Part shown: in pieces, positions 33,261-42,893 of the stretch
How the letters are laid out: each line of letters opens with the position of its first letter
Position numbering within the stretch: position 1 is the stretch's first letter
Assembly: GCA_964202905.1 (NCBI GenBank)
Contig: CAXNJO010000001.1
Location: 480,001-544,000, forward strand
Direction of reading: 5' to 3'
Source of the DNA: Polyangiales bacterium
GTDB lineage: Bacteria > Myxococcota_A > Polyangia > Polyangiales > JADJQN01
Length of the DNA: 64,000 nt
Notes under the pieces: model-generated
Seen by the model: only the letters and a program-made list of their open reading frames with translations
Database searches by the model: none
What the model was told of the DNA's origin: nothing
Program-made: the position numbers and the translations under genes

Positions 33261-33391
33261 GAGTCGGGGTACCGCCAAGGATTGACACATCCGGGCGTGG
33301 CCGCGACGGAGCGGCCTCCCGAGCACGGACTCAGCGTGGGATTTGGTGAATCCCACGCACCGTGAAACCAAACCCACGCACCCGTGAAACG

Positions 33392-33431
33392 TGCAGTCGC
33401 GCGGCGCTCCCCCTGGGGTGCCGCGCGCTGC
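33392..33431. terminator. GC-rich hairpin between convergent genes (possible terminator)
   Basis: GCAGtCGCGCGGCGCTCC...GGGGTGCCGCGCGCTGC stem, followed by GTTT. Confidence 0.45.
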
Positions 33432-33453
33432 GTTTGGCGGGGGAAACGCGCGC

Positions 33454-34581
33454 TCAGACGAGCGAGGCGCCGATCACGCGGCCGAGCTCCGTGCGCAGGT
33501 TCTCGGGCGTGAGGCGGTCGCAGAGCGCGTGGAACTCGGGCAGGCCGGCCTGATAGGGCGTGTCGAGGCGGAGAATCCCGCTCTCGCGCGCGTCCTTGCC
33601 GAACATCGCCATCGTGTCTTCGGCGAGCGCGGGCAGGCCCTTGAAGGTGCCGTGTCGGAGCAGGAGTTCCGTCGAGCCCGCGAACATCAGCATCCCGCCG
33701 GGGATCGCGCCGATGGCCGTCGTGCAGAGTGGCGGATAGCAGAGGCGGATCGTGTCGACGCCGTAGGTCGCGCGGATGCGCTGCATGCTCTCGCGCTGCA
33801 GCACCTTCGCGCCGGCGAGCGGGCCCATGCCGTAGACGGGGTCGTCGGCCTCGAAGTCGTAGTCGGCGAAGGCGACGACGCTCTCGCCGCGCACGAGCAG
33901 CCCGGCCTCCGCGAGCGCATCGGCCCACGGATCGGTGGAGGTGCCCATCATCTTGTTGGTGCGGTCGATGTCGGCCTGGGTCGCGACGTCGACCTCGACG
34001 AGGCCGAGCTTGCGGACGTTCTCCCAGCGCGAGAAATCGGGCGTCTGCCGGACGGGATCGAAGACGACGTCGAGGTCGCGCACGAAGGTCTTGCCGTGCT
34101 GCTCGTAGCGCTTGGTCGCGCCGGCCGCGATGCCGTTGATCAGGTGCACGACGCGGTACTTCGCGGCGAGCGCCGCGACGACCTCGCGCACGACCTCGGG
34201 CTTCGTCGCGTCCTCGTTGCGGAAGGCCGCGTCGACGCCGGCCTCGTTCGCGGCCTCGGTGATCGCCTGCGCGTGGTGCGGGCCGATCTGCAGCTTCGCG
34301 CTGTCGTAGTGCACGGCATGGACGGGCACGCGCTCGGCGAAGAGGAGCTGCACCGCGACCTGGCGGAGCATGCCGTTCGAGCCGCCGAGCAGGAGCACGC
34401 AGGCGTCCGACGCGACGGCGGGGCCGACGCGGTGCAGGCGCGCGCGTTGCGCGGCGAGGTCCTCGCGGGCGATGCGCGGGCCGTGCTCGGCGAGCGTCGG
34501 CACGATGGCGCGGCGGTCGATGCCGCCGAGGGGCTGCTTCACGAAGACGTCGAGCGCGGGGCCGGGCGCGGGGTCGGTCAT
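33454..34581 (-). CDS. Divergent FabV/Ter-like enoyl-ACP/CoA reductase
   Basis: LLGGSNG; ATQADIDRTNKMMG...WADALAEAGLL; catalytic Y-x8-K (YGMGPLAGAK); T.A..AIP; only the C-terminal part of the 956-aa track ORF is real. Confidence 0.75.
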   Translation of the reverse strand: MTDPAPGPALDVFVKQPLGGIDRRAIVPTLAEHGPRIAREDLAAQRARLHRVGPAVASDACVLLLGGSNGMLRQVAVQLLFAERVPVHAVHYDSAKLQIGPHHAQAITEAANEAGVDAAFRNEDATKPEVVREVVAALAAKYRVVHLINGIAAGATKRYEQHGKTFVRDLDVVFDPVRQTPDFSRWENVRKLGLVEVDVATQADIDRTNKMMGTSTDPWADALAEAGLLVRGESVVAFADYDFEADDPVYGMGPLAGAKVLQRESMQRIRATYGVDTIRLCYPPLCTTAIGAIPGGMLMFAGSTELLLRHGTFKGLPALAEDTMAMFGKDARESGILRLDTPYQAGLPEFHALCDRLTPENLRTELGRVIGASLV

Positions 34582-34689
34582 GGCGCGCGAAGGTAGCGCG
34601 GGAGTCCGCGCGCCGCCTCCCGCGGGGGCGCGCCGTTCGTGACGCTCTGCGTCGTGCGCGGCCGGGGGGCGCGGGGCACACCACGCCGC

Positions 34690-36060
34690 GTGACGATCAG
34701 TGTCTTCGACATGTTCACCATCGGGATTGGCCCTTCTTCCTCGCACACGGTCGGCCCGATGCGCGCGGCCGAGCGCTTCGTCGGCGCGCTGCGCGAGGCG
34801 GGCGCGCTCGAGCGCGTCGCGCAGGTGCGCGTCGAGCTCTACGGCTCGCTCGGCGCGACGGGGCGCGGACATGGCAGCGATGTTGCGGTGTTGCTCGGCC
34901 TCGAGGGTGAGCGGCCGGAGACGGTCGAGGTCGACGCGATGCCCGCGCGCGTCGCGCAGATCCACCAGGAAGGGCGGCTGCGGCTCGGCGGCGCGCACCC
35001 GATCGCCTTCACGCAGCCCGAGCACCTCGTCTTCCACCGCAAGCTCACGCTGCCGCAGCACCCGAACGGGATGCGCTTCCTCGCGCTCGACGCGGGCGGC
35101 GCGGAGCTCGCGAACCGCACCTATTTCTCGGTCGGCGGCGGCTTCGTCGTGAACGAGGGCGCGACGGAGGTCGCGGACACGGCGGCGCGCGCGGCGGTCC
35201 CGCATCCCTTCGACTCGGGCGCCGAGCTGCTCAAGCGCTGTCGCGATACGGGCCTCTCGATCGGCACGCTGATGCGCGAGAACGAGCGCACCTGGCGCAG
35301 CGACGCGGAGATCGACGCGCGGCTGCTCGCGATCTGGCACGCGATGGAGGCGTGCGTGCGCCGCGGCTGCGAGCGCGAGGGGATCCTGCCGGGCGGCCTC
35401 AAGGTGAAGCGCCGCGCGGCGAGCCTCTTCCGCAAGCTGCGCGTGGACGCGCGCGACACCGATCCGCTCGTCGTCATGGACTGGGTCAGTCTCTTCGCGC
35501 TCGCCGTCAACGAGGAGAACGCGGCGGGCGGCCGCGTCGTCACCGCGCCGACGAATGGCGCCGCGGGGATCGTGCCCGCGGTGCTGCACTACTACCGGCG
35601 CTACGTGTCCGGCGCGGACGACGAGGGCACGATGCGCTTTTTGCTCACGGCGGGCGCGATCGCGATCCTCTACAAGAAGAACGCGTCGATCTCGGGCGCG
35701 GAGGTGGGCTGCCAGGGCGAGGTCGGCGTCGCGTGTTCGATGGCGGCCGGCGCGCTCGCCGAGGCGATGGGCGGCACGCCCGAGCAGGTGGAGAACGCGG
35801 CGGAGATCGGCATGGAGCACAACCTCGGGCTCACCTGCGATCCGATCGGCGGGCTCGTGCAGGTGCCGTGCATCGAGCGCAACGCGATGGGCAGCGTGAA
35901 GGCGATTCACGCCGCGCGCCTCGCCTTGCAGGGCGACGGCACGCACAAGGTGTCGCTCGACAAGGTGATCGCGACGATGCGGCAGACGGGCGCCGACATG
36001 AAGACGAAGTACAAGGAGACCGCGCGCGGCGGCCTCGCGGTGAACATCATCGAGTGCTGA
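34690..36060 (+). CDS. sdaA: L-serine ammonia-lyase (Fe-S, single chain)
   Basis: [47 protein letters not shown]. Confidence 0.97.
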   Translation: MTISVFDMFTIGIGPSSSHTVGPMRAAERFVGALREAGALERVAQVRVELYGSLGATGRGHGSDVAVLLGLEGERPETVEVDAMPARVAQIHQEGRLRLGGAHPIAFTQPEHLVFHRKLTLPQHPNGMRFLALDAGGAELANRTYFSVGGGFVVNEGATEVADTAARAAVPHPFDSGAELLKRCRDTGLSIGTLMRENERTWRSDAEIDARLLAIWHAMEACVRRGCEREGILPGGLKVKRRAASLFRKLRVDARDTDPLVVMDWVSLFALAVNEENAAGGRVVTAPTNGAAGIVPAVLHYYRRYVSGADDEGTMRFLLTAGAIAILYKKNASISGAEVGCQGEVGVACSMAAGALAEAMGGTPEQVENAAEIGMEHNLGLTCDPIGGLVQVPCIERNAMGSVKAIHAARLALQGDGTHKVSLDKVIATMRQTGADMKTKYKETARGGLAVNIIEC

Positions 36061-36196
36061 GCGGCGCGTCGCGTGGCGAGTGCCCTCAAGTGCCGACAAA
36101 ACAAGGAAATCTGCGAACCACGGCGCGCCTCTCGATGGGAAGCGCGCATGCCGCGACGTTGACACGGGGCGCGCGTCGCGAAACCCTGCGCTGACC

Positions 36197-37165
36197 ATGC
36201 GTCGTCTCGCCTTCGCGCTCCTGCTCGCCTCGTTCTCGACTTCCCTGTTCGCCGCGTGCGGCGACGACGATGGCGGCGGAGGTCCCGTCGACGCGGGGCT
36301 CCCCGACCTCGGCGAGCCGGACATGGACCTCGCGCCGAGCCGCCTCTTCGGCGCGTGCGAGCGCGACAGCCAGTGCCCCGGCGTCGGCGCGCGCTGCCGC
36401 CGCCCGAGCGAGGGCTGGCCGAACGGCTACTGCACGGTGCCGTGCACGCCGCCCGATCTCGAGCCCTGTCTCGACGAGGACATGTATTACAACCACTGCC
36501 TCACCGACGGAAACACGGGCGAATCGTGGTGTGAGCGTCGGTGTCTGAATGGCGTGGATTGCGCGCGCAATGGCTATACCTGCGTCGGTCAATTCCCGCC
36601 GATGGATCAGGGGATGTGCGTCGGCCTCTGTCTGAGCGACGACGACTGCAGCCGCGGCGAGGTGTGCGACCCGGACTCGGGCCGCTGCGTCGGCGCGCTC
36701 CCGACGACGGGTGGCACGATCGGCGCGCGCTGCGGCGCGGACGGCGACTGCCGTTCGAGCTCGTGCATCACCGAGGTCGACAGCGACGGCTTCCCCTCGG
36801 GTTTCGTGGGCGGCGCGTGTGTGGCGCTCTGCGTGCTGCCGGCCGGCTACAACCAGAACTCGTTCTATTCGGAGGCGGCGCTGCCGCGCGGGACGTGCCC
36901 GGGCGGCGCGATCTGTTTCCCCAATCGCTCGTTCGCCGAGGGCGACCCGGGCCTCTGCCTCGACGAGTGCGGCGGGCCCGCGGACTGCGGCCCCGGGCTC
37001 GAGTGCGCGAAGGACTTCCCGCTCGCGAGCGGCGACGTCGCGCGCTTCGACAACGGCGTCTGCCTGCCTGTCGACTGCCAGCGCGATGGCTGCCCCTCGG
37101 GCTACGCGTGCCAGCCGATCCCGGTGGGCGGCGGCCGCAACATCTACCGCTGCGGCCCGACCTGA
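36197..37165 (+). CDS. Cysteine-rich lipoprotein
   Basis: Lipobox FAAC, then many C-x-x-D-x-D-C type modules. Confidence 0.85.
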   Translation: MRRLAFALLLASFSTSLFAACGDDDGGGGPVDAGLPDLGEPDMDLAPSRLFGACERDSQCPGVGARCRRPSEGWPNGYCTVPCTPPDLEPCLDEDMYYNHCLTDGNTGESWCERRCLNGVDCARNGYTCVGQFPPMDQGMCVGLCLSDDDCSRGEVCDPDSGRCVGALPTTGGTIGARCGADGDCRSSSCITEVDSDGFPSGFVGGACVALCVLPAGYNQNSFYSEAALPRGTCPGGAICFPNRSFAEGDPGLCLDECGGPADCGPGLECAKDFPLASGDVARFDNGVCLPVDCQRDGCPSGYACQPIPVGGGRNIYRCGPT

Positions 37166-37285
37166 AGCGGCCCGTCGGACCCGCGTGAGTCGGCGCGCGC
37201 CGCGCCGACCGCGGGATACCTCGAGCCCGCGGCGAGGCGGGCGAGGAGAAGCGTGAGAGCCCGCGACAGGCGGGCTTTCGTGCGT

Positions 37286-37738
37286 TCAGGGGACGGTGTT
37301 TTCGTTGCTGCCGCCCACGATCTCGACGGCCTCGATCGAGATCCTCCTGCGGGGCGCGGCGGGCGCCTCGGGCGCGGAGGGGGGTGTCGCGGCGGGTGGG
37401 AGCGGCGCGGGAGCCGGTGCGGCGATGGGGGCTGGCTCCGCGGGCGCGAGGATGTTGCTCGCGAAGACGGCCGCGCCGAACGCGGCCACGAGCACGATCA
37501 CCAGCGCTGCGATCACGATGGGCTTCGAGGGGCCGCGCCGCGGGAGCGGGGGCGGACCGGCGGGCGCGCGGGCCTGACCCGCGGAGGAGGACGCGTCGGC
37601 GACGTCGTCGCCGGACACCTCGGGGGCGACGCTGTCCTCGAGGACGGCGTCAGGATCGACGAGCGCGTCGATCTGCACCGTGGCGCTCGCGTTCATGGTG
37701 CGCCGCGCCTTCGCGCCCTCGTCCGGCTGATCGCTCAT
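37286..37738 (-). CDS. Hypothetical single-TM Pro-rich protein
   Basis: Acidic N-terminus, PPPLP, TM helix, Pro/Ala tail. Confidence 0.65.
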   Translation of the reverse strand: MSDQPDEGAKARRTMNASATVQIDALVDPDAVLEDSVAPEVSGDDVADASSSAGQARAPAGPPPLPRRGPSKPIVIAALVIVLVAAFGAAVFASNILAPAEPAPIAAPAPAPLPPAATPPSAPEAPAAPRRRISIEAVEIVGGSNENTVP

Positions 37739-37847
37739 CGGCGCGCATCGTACGCCTGCGCAGGGCCCCGCGTCCATGCGAGCGCCCGGCGCGCCGCGCG
37801 CAGCGTGCGGGGCCGCGATTTCCGGAGCGCGCGTCGCAGCGGCGCGA

Positions 37848-39365
37848 TCAGACGTCGAAGCGCACGCCCTGCGCGAGCGGGAGCGCGCGTCCGCCGTTCA
37901 CGGTGCAGGTCTGGCGGCGCATGTACGCCTTCCACGCGTCGGAGCCGGACTCGCGCCCGCCGCCCGTGTCCTTCTCGCCGCCGAACGCGCCGCCGATCTC
38001 CGCGCCGCTCGTGCCGAGGTTCACGTTCGCGATGCCGCAGTCGGAGCCCGCGGGCCCGAGGAAGCGCTCGGCCGCGCGCACGCTGTCGGTGAAGATCGCG
38101 CTCGAGAGGCCCTGCGGGACCGCGTTGTTCGCGCTGATCGCCTCCTCGACGGAGTCGACCTCGAAGAGGTAGAGGATCGGCGCGAACGTCTCCTCCCACG
38201 CGATCGGGAAGTCCGCCTGCCGCGGGGCGCGCACGATCGTCGGCTCGACGAAGAAGCCCGGTCGCGAGACGGCGCGGCCACCGCAGAGCACCTCGCCGCC
38301 GAGGGTGCGCGCCGTCGCGATCGCCTCGTGGTAGCGCGCGACGGCCTGCGGCGAGACGAGCGGGCCCATGAGCGTGTCGGCGTGGCGCGGATCGCCGATG
38401 CGCACGCTGCGGTAGGCCGTGACGAGGCGCTGCGTGAGCGCGGGCGCGACGCTGCGCTCGACGAAGAGGCGGCGCGTGCTCGTGCAGCGCTGGCCCGCGG
38501 TACCGACCGCGCCGAAGACGATCGCGCGCGCGGCGAGGTCGAGGTCCGCGTCGGCGAGCACGATGACGGCGTTGTTGCCGCCGAGCTCGAGCAGCGAGCG
38601 GCCGAGGCGCGCGGCGACCTTCTGCGCGACGACGCGGCCCGCCTCGACCGAGCCCGTGAACGACACGAGCGGGAAGCGCGGATCCTCGGCCATCGCGACC
38701 GAGAGGTCCTTGTCGCCGAGCACGAGCGAGAACACGCCGGCGGCGTCCTCCTCGCGCATGGCCTGCTCCGCGAGGCGCTGCACGGCGAGGGCGCAGAGCG
38801 GCGCGCGCGGCGACGGCTTCCACACGCACGGATCGCCGCAGACCGCGGCGAGCGCGGCGTTCCACGCCCACACCGCGACCGGGAAGTTGAAGGCCGTGAC
38901 GATCGCGACGGGACCGAGCGGGTGCCACTGCTCGATCATCCGGTGCTCGGGGCGCTCGGACGCGATCGTGAGCCCGTGCAGCTGCCGCGAGAGACCGACC
39001 GCGAACTCGCAGATGTCGATCATCTCCTGCACCTCGCCGAGGCCTTCGGAGCGGATCTTGCCGACCTCGAGCGACACGAGCTCGCCGAGGTCTTCCTTGT
39101 GCGCGCGGAGCAGCTCGCCGAGTCTGCGGACGAGCCGGGCGCGTACGGGCGCGGGGCGCTGCCGCCACTCGCGGAAGCGCAGCGTCGCCGCGAACATGAC
39201 GCGCTCGTAGGTGTCCCGGGTGGCCGCAGGCACGCTGCCGTTGGAGGCGCCTGTCGTCGGGTCGAGCGAGACGAGCGGCGCGCCGCCGGTGTCTAGAAAG
39301 GCCGTGCCGTCGTGGGCGCCCGCGCGCAGATCGCGGAGTCCGAGGCGGTCGAGGAGTGTCGTCAT
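37848..39365 (-). CDS. Aldehyde dehydrogenase family 7 (piperideine-6-carboxylate dehydrogenase-like)
   Basis: GEVQEMIDIC, AFNFPVAVWAWN, LELGGNNA, GTAGQRCT, GRESGSDAWK. Confidence 0.93.
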   Translation of the reverse strand: MTTLLDRLGLRDLRAGAHDGTAFLDTGGAPLVSLDPTTGASNGSVPAATRDTYERVMFAATLRFREWRQRPAPVRARLVRRLGELLRAHKEDLGELVSLEVGKIRSEGLGEVQEMIDICEFAVGLSRQLHGLTIASERPEHRMIEQWHPLGPVAIVTAFNFPVAVWAWNAALAAVCGDPCVWKPSPRAPLCALAVQRLAEQAMREEDAAGVFSLVLGDKDLSVAMAEDPRFPLVSFTGSVEAGRVVAQKVAARLGRSLLELGGNNAVIVLADADLDLAARAIVFGAVGTAGQRCTSTRRLFVERSVAPALTQRLVTAYRSVRIGDPRHADTLMGPLVSPQAVARYHEAIATARTLGGEVLCGGRAVSRPGFFVEPTIVRAPRQADFPIAWEETFAPILYLFEVDSVEEAISANNAVPQGLSSAIFTDSVRAAERFLGPAGSDCGIANVNLGTSGAEIGGAFGGEKDTGGGRESGSDAWKAYMRRQTCTVNGGRALPLAQGVRFDV

Positions 39366-39447
39366 GCGCGCGAGGGTAGCGCCTCGCGTACCGCTGCGCG
39401 CGGCGCTGAATGGTCATTCAGCTGCGCAGCGGGCAGCCCCGCACGGC

Positions 39448-39993
39448 TCAATTCGTGAGGGTCAGCGTCGCGCTCGCGGTCGCGCGGAAGGTCACGCCGA
39501 TCACGTCGGCGTCGAGGACCAGGGTCTTGCCGGTGAAGTCGCTCGCCGAGAAGCCGAGCTGATCGAAGATGTTCGCCGCCTCGAACGCGTCACCGACGCG
39601 CGTGAACGTGTAGTCCGCCATCACGCCGGGGAACACCTCGCCGCCGTCGCTGAGCCGGTTGCGGAGCTCGACGCGGAGGCAGAGCGTCGCGCCGTCGCTC
39701 GGGAGCGCGGGGATTCGCAGCGTCGGCAAGATCATCACGCCGCCCTGGAAGCCCTCGATCACCGGGGCCGACGCGCCGGTCGTGAAGGGCACGAACGATG
39801 CGTCCTCGCCCGAGCCGAGCGTGAGCGTGCGCGGCGTCGTGCCGTCGATGCCCGGTCCGCCCGCGTCGAAATCGCGGATCGGCGGCGCGGTGCAGGTCGC
39901 CGGCTCGACGGGCGTGGGGGGATCGTCCGGGCCGCAGGCGGCGACGAGCGCGGGGAGCAGCAGGCCGAGGGCGACGCGGAGGGCGAGGCGCAT
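39448..39993 (-). CDS. Hypothetical lipoprotein
   Basis: Lipobox VAAC; LGSG..FVP...GFQGG motif. Confidence 0.75.
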   Translation of the reverse strand: MRLALRVALGLLLPALVAACGPDDPPTPVEPATCTAPPIRDFDAGGPGIDGTTPRTLTLGSGEDASFVPFTTGASAPVIEGFQGGVMILPTLRIPALPSDGATLCLRVELRNRLSDGGEVFPGVMADYTFTRVGDAFEAANIFDQLGFSASDFTGKTLVLDADVIGVTFRATASATLTLTN

Positions 39994-40058
39994 GGGCCCG
40001 AACGTATCACCGCCCCGTGGCGAGACGCGCGTGTGCGGGCTCTGGTACTCCTCGTCGC

Positions 40059-41585
40059 GTGAACGGCTGGTTCGAGCTCTCGCTGGCGCATCTCTGGGGA
40101 CTCGGTGGCGCGCTCATCGCGGTCGCCGTCGCGCTCCTCGCGTTGCTGCTCGTCACGCTGCCGCCGCGCGCGCGCCGCAAACTGCGCACGCCGACGCTGC
40201 TCTTCGCCGTGTACGTGCTGATCGTCGCGGGGCGCTTCGTGTTCCCGGTGACGAACCCCCGCATCGTGACGTGGACGGAGGTCGTCGGGATCTTCGTGCT
40301 CCTGCTCGTGCTCGCGCGCGGGGTCGTGCTCTTCGTCACCGAGTCGCGCGTGGCCGCGGCGCTGCTGCCACCGATCCCGAAGATCCTCGCGGACATCGCG
40401 CAGGCGCTGCTCTTCGCGGCCGTCGTGCTGGTGTCGCTGCGCACGGCGGGCGTCGACATGAGCTCGCTGCTCACGACGAGCGCGATCCTCTCGGCGGTGC
40501 TCGGTTTCGCGCTGCAGGACACGCTCGGCAACGTGTTCGCGGGGCTCGCGATCCAGGCGCAGCAGCCCTTCGAGATCGGCGACTGGGTCGAGGTCGACGG
40601 GAAGGTCGGGCAGGTCCTCGAGATCAGCTGGCGCGCGATGAAGGTGCTCACGCTCGACCACGTCGAGGTGATCGTCCCGAACGGCGCGCTCGCGAAGGGG
40701 ACGATCCGCAACTTCACGAAGCCCACGCCCGCCTCGCGGCGGAACGTCGAGTTCTCCGCGCCCTACGACGTGCCGGCCGAGCGCGTGCAGGACGCCGTGC
40801 TCGGCGCGCTCGCCGGGCTCGAGCTCGTGCTCGCCTCGCCCGCGCCCAGCGTGGTGCTGAGCGGGTTCGCCGAGAGCGCGATGACCTACACGCTGCGCTA
40901 TTTCACGTCGGATTTCGCGGCGGCATCGGTGACGGACAGCGGCGTGCGGGACCGCATCTGGCACGCGCTGAAGCGGGCGGACATCGCGATCCCCCTCCCG
41001 CAGCGCGACGTGCACCTGCGCGAGGTCTCGCCGACGACGCGCGCCGCGGAGGACGACGCGCGCCTCGCCGAGCGGCGGGCGGCGCTCTCCTTCGTGAGCG
41101 TCTTCGACGTGCTCACGCCCGACGCGAAGGCGGCGCTCGCGCGGCGCACCGACAAGCGGCTCTACGGCGCGGGCGAGACGATCCTGCGGCAGGGCGAGGA
41201 GGGCGACGCGCTCTTCGTGGTGCTGTGCGGCGAGGTGTCCGTCGTGCTCGAGGCGGCGACGGCGGACGGAGGCGTGGTCGAGGTTGCGCGGCTCGACCGT
41301 GGGAAGTTCTTCGGCGAGATGTCGCTGCTGACGGGCGAGCGGCGCGCGGCGACGGTGCGCGCGGCGCGCGCGTGCGAGCTGCTCGTCGTCGGTCACGACG
41401 CGCTGCAGGGCGTGCTCGACGCGCACCCGGAGCTCGCCGAGCAGCTGAGCCGCGTGCTCGCGGAGCGGCAGCTGCGGCTCGATGAGCGGCAGGCCCTCGC
41501 CGACTCGAAGAACCCCGCGATCCTCGTCGAACGGTCGGGCCAGATCCTCACGCGGATCCGCGCGTTCTTCGACCTCCGTCGATAG
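40059..41585 (+). CDS. MscS-family channel with C-terminal cNMP-binding domain
   Basis: GFALQDTLGNVFAGL, PFEIGDWV, VPN; FFGEMSLLTGERRAATVRA. Confidence 0.93.
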   Translation: MNGWFELSLAHLWGLGGALIAVAVALLALLLVTLPPRARRKLRTPTLLFAVYVLIVAGRFVFPVTNPRIVTWTEVVGIFVLLLVLARGVVLFVTESRVAAALLPPIPKILADIAQALLFAAVVLVSLRTAGVDMSSLLTTSAILSAVLGFALQDTLGNVFAGLAIQAQQPFEIGDWVEVDGKVGQVLEISWRAMKVLTLDHVEVIVPNGALAKGTIRNFTKPTPASRRNVEFSAPYDVPAERVQDAVLGALAGLELVLASPAPSVVLSGFAESAMTYTLRYFTSDFAAASVTDSGVRDRIWHALKRADIAIPLPQRDVHLREVSPTTRAAEDDARLAERRAALSFVSVFDVLTPDAKAALARRTDKRLYGAGETILRQGEEGDALFVVLCGEVSVVLEAATADGGVVEVARLDRGKFFGEMSLLTGERRAATVRAARACELLVVGHDALQGVLDAHPELAEQLSRVLAERQLRLDERQALADSKNPAILVERSGQILTRIRAFFDLRR

Positions 41586-41612
41586 CGCGGCGGTGCTACC
41601 GTCCGCCCCGCG

Positions 41613-42758
41613 ATGACGAAGAAGACGCTTGCGAAGTCCGCTCCTGCGAAGAAGGCGCCTGCGAAGGTCGCGCCCGCAAAGAAGGAGCCCGCGAAGAAGG
41701 CGCCCGTGAAGGTCGCGCCTGTGAAGAAGGAGCCCGCGAAGAAGGCGCCCGTGAAGGTCGCGCCTGTGAAGAAGGCGCCCGTGAAGGTCGTGCCTGTGAA
41801 GAAGGCGCCCGCGAAGAAGGCGCCCGTGAAGGTCGTGCCTGTGAAGAAGGCGCCCGCGAAGAAGGCGCCCGTGAAGGTCGTGCCTGTGAAGAAGGCGCCC
41901 GCGAAGAAGGCGCCCGCGAAGGTCGCGCCTGTGAAGAAGGCGCCCGTGCAGCAAGCGCCTGCGACGAAGGCGCCGGCGACGCGGGGTGCCGCGAAGACCG
42001 TGACCGCGAAGGCCACCGTCGCGCCGATCGCCGCGGTGGTCGCGGCCGTGGCGCCACCCGCGGCGCTCCCGAAGCTTGCACCTGCGACGACCACGCTCGA
42101 GAAGCGGTCGCCCGAGCCGGAGCTTCGCGCGCTGCCGCCCGCGCCGCGTGCGCGCGTCATCGTCGCTGCGCCGGGCAATGCCCCCTCGCTTCCCGCGCCG
42201 CTCAAGCGTGCGCGCGCCGTGAACCGGCCCGATCCGCACGGGGCCGACGCGCTCTTCCTCGCCCATGCCACGGCCGCGGGCCTCGAGGGCGCGACGGTCG
42301 AGCAGGCCTGGGCGCGCATGCCCCTCTTCGCGCCGCTGGTCGCGCTCGCGCTCGTGCGGCAGGGCGCGGACGCGCTGGTGCACGCGACGATCCGCGCGGC
42401 CGCGACCGACGTCCCCGACGCGGATCTCGTCGATGCGCTCTCCGCGCTGAGCGCCCCGAGCCACCGCGCCGCGATGACGCTCGTCGAGGCGCGCGACGAG
42501 GCGACCCTCGCGCGCAAGCCCGCGCGCGCGGCCCTGCTCGACGCGATCCAGCACGCGCTCGAGGGCGCGCTCGCGCGGGAAGAGGGCGCCGCCGTCGAGG
42601 CCTACGCGCGCGGCATCGAGATCGGGCGCGCGCTGACGGCGGCGGTCGCGCTCGGTCGGCGTCGCGACGCCAGCGACCCGGGGGAGCGCGCCGAGATCGT
42701 GCGCGCGCTGCACGAGCGGCTCAAGGGCATCGCGCCCGCGCTCCCCGCGATCGGCTGA
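41613..42758 (+). CDS. Histone-H1-like KKAP-repeat protein with C-terminal helical domain
   Basis: About 110 aa of KKAPA/KKAPV/KVVPV pentapeptides (15-bp DNA units, roughly 41649-41950), then an Ala-rich helical region. Confidence 0.75.
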   Translation: MTKKTLAKSAPAKKAPAKVAPAKKEPAKKAPVKVAPVKKEPAKKAPVKVAPVKKAPVKVVPVKKAPAKKAPVKVVPVKKAPAKKAPVKVVPVKKAPAKKAPAKVAPVKKAPVQQAPATKAPATRGAAKTVTAKATVAPIAAVVAAVAPPAALPKLAPATTTLEKRSPEPELRALPPAPRARVIVAAPGNAPSLPAPLKRARAVNRPDPHGADALFLAHATAAGLEGATVEQAWARMPLFAPLVALALVRQGADALVHATIRAAATDVPDADLVDALSALSAPSHRAAMTLVEARDEATLARKPARAALLDAIQHALEGALAREEGAAVEAYARGIEIGRALTAAVALGRRRDASDPGERAEIVRALHERLKGIAPALPAIG

Positions 42759-42776
42759 GGCGCACGGCGATCGCGG

Positions 42777-42864
42777 GCTGCGCGGACACCCGTCACACGC
42801 ACACGCGCTGCGCGGACGCCGCCGCTCCGGGAATCGCCACACGCACACCCGCTGCGCGGACACC
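42777..42864. repeat. Imperfect direct repeats between convergent genes
   Basis: GCTGCGCGGAC x3; CACACGCACACnCGCTGCGCGGAC at 42794 and 42838. Confidence 0.7.
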
Positions 42865-42893
42865 CGGCGCGCAGGTGCCCGCGTGGGGGTGGC

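Noticed and set aside
33260..33450. tRNA or known ncRNA in this structured spacer
   Set aside because: Hairpins are present but no cloverleaf, T-loop or recognisable family motif
33454..36324. 956-aa ORF; likewise 47854-51480 and 54231-57197
   Set aside because: The N-terminal parts are antisense shadows of sdaA, the pseudokinase and rimO; only the C-terminal parts are gene-like
40059..41585. MscS-cNMP fusion as a novelty
   Set aside because: A known architecture in bacteria
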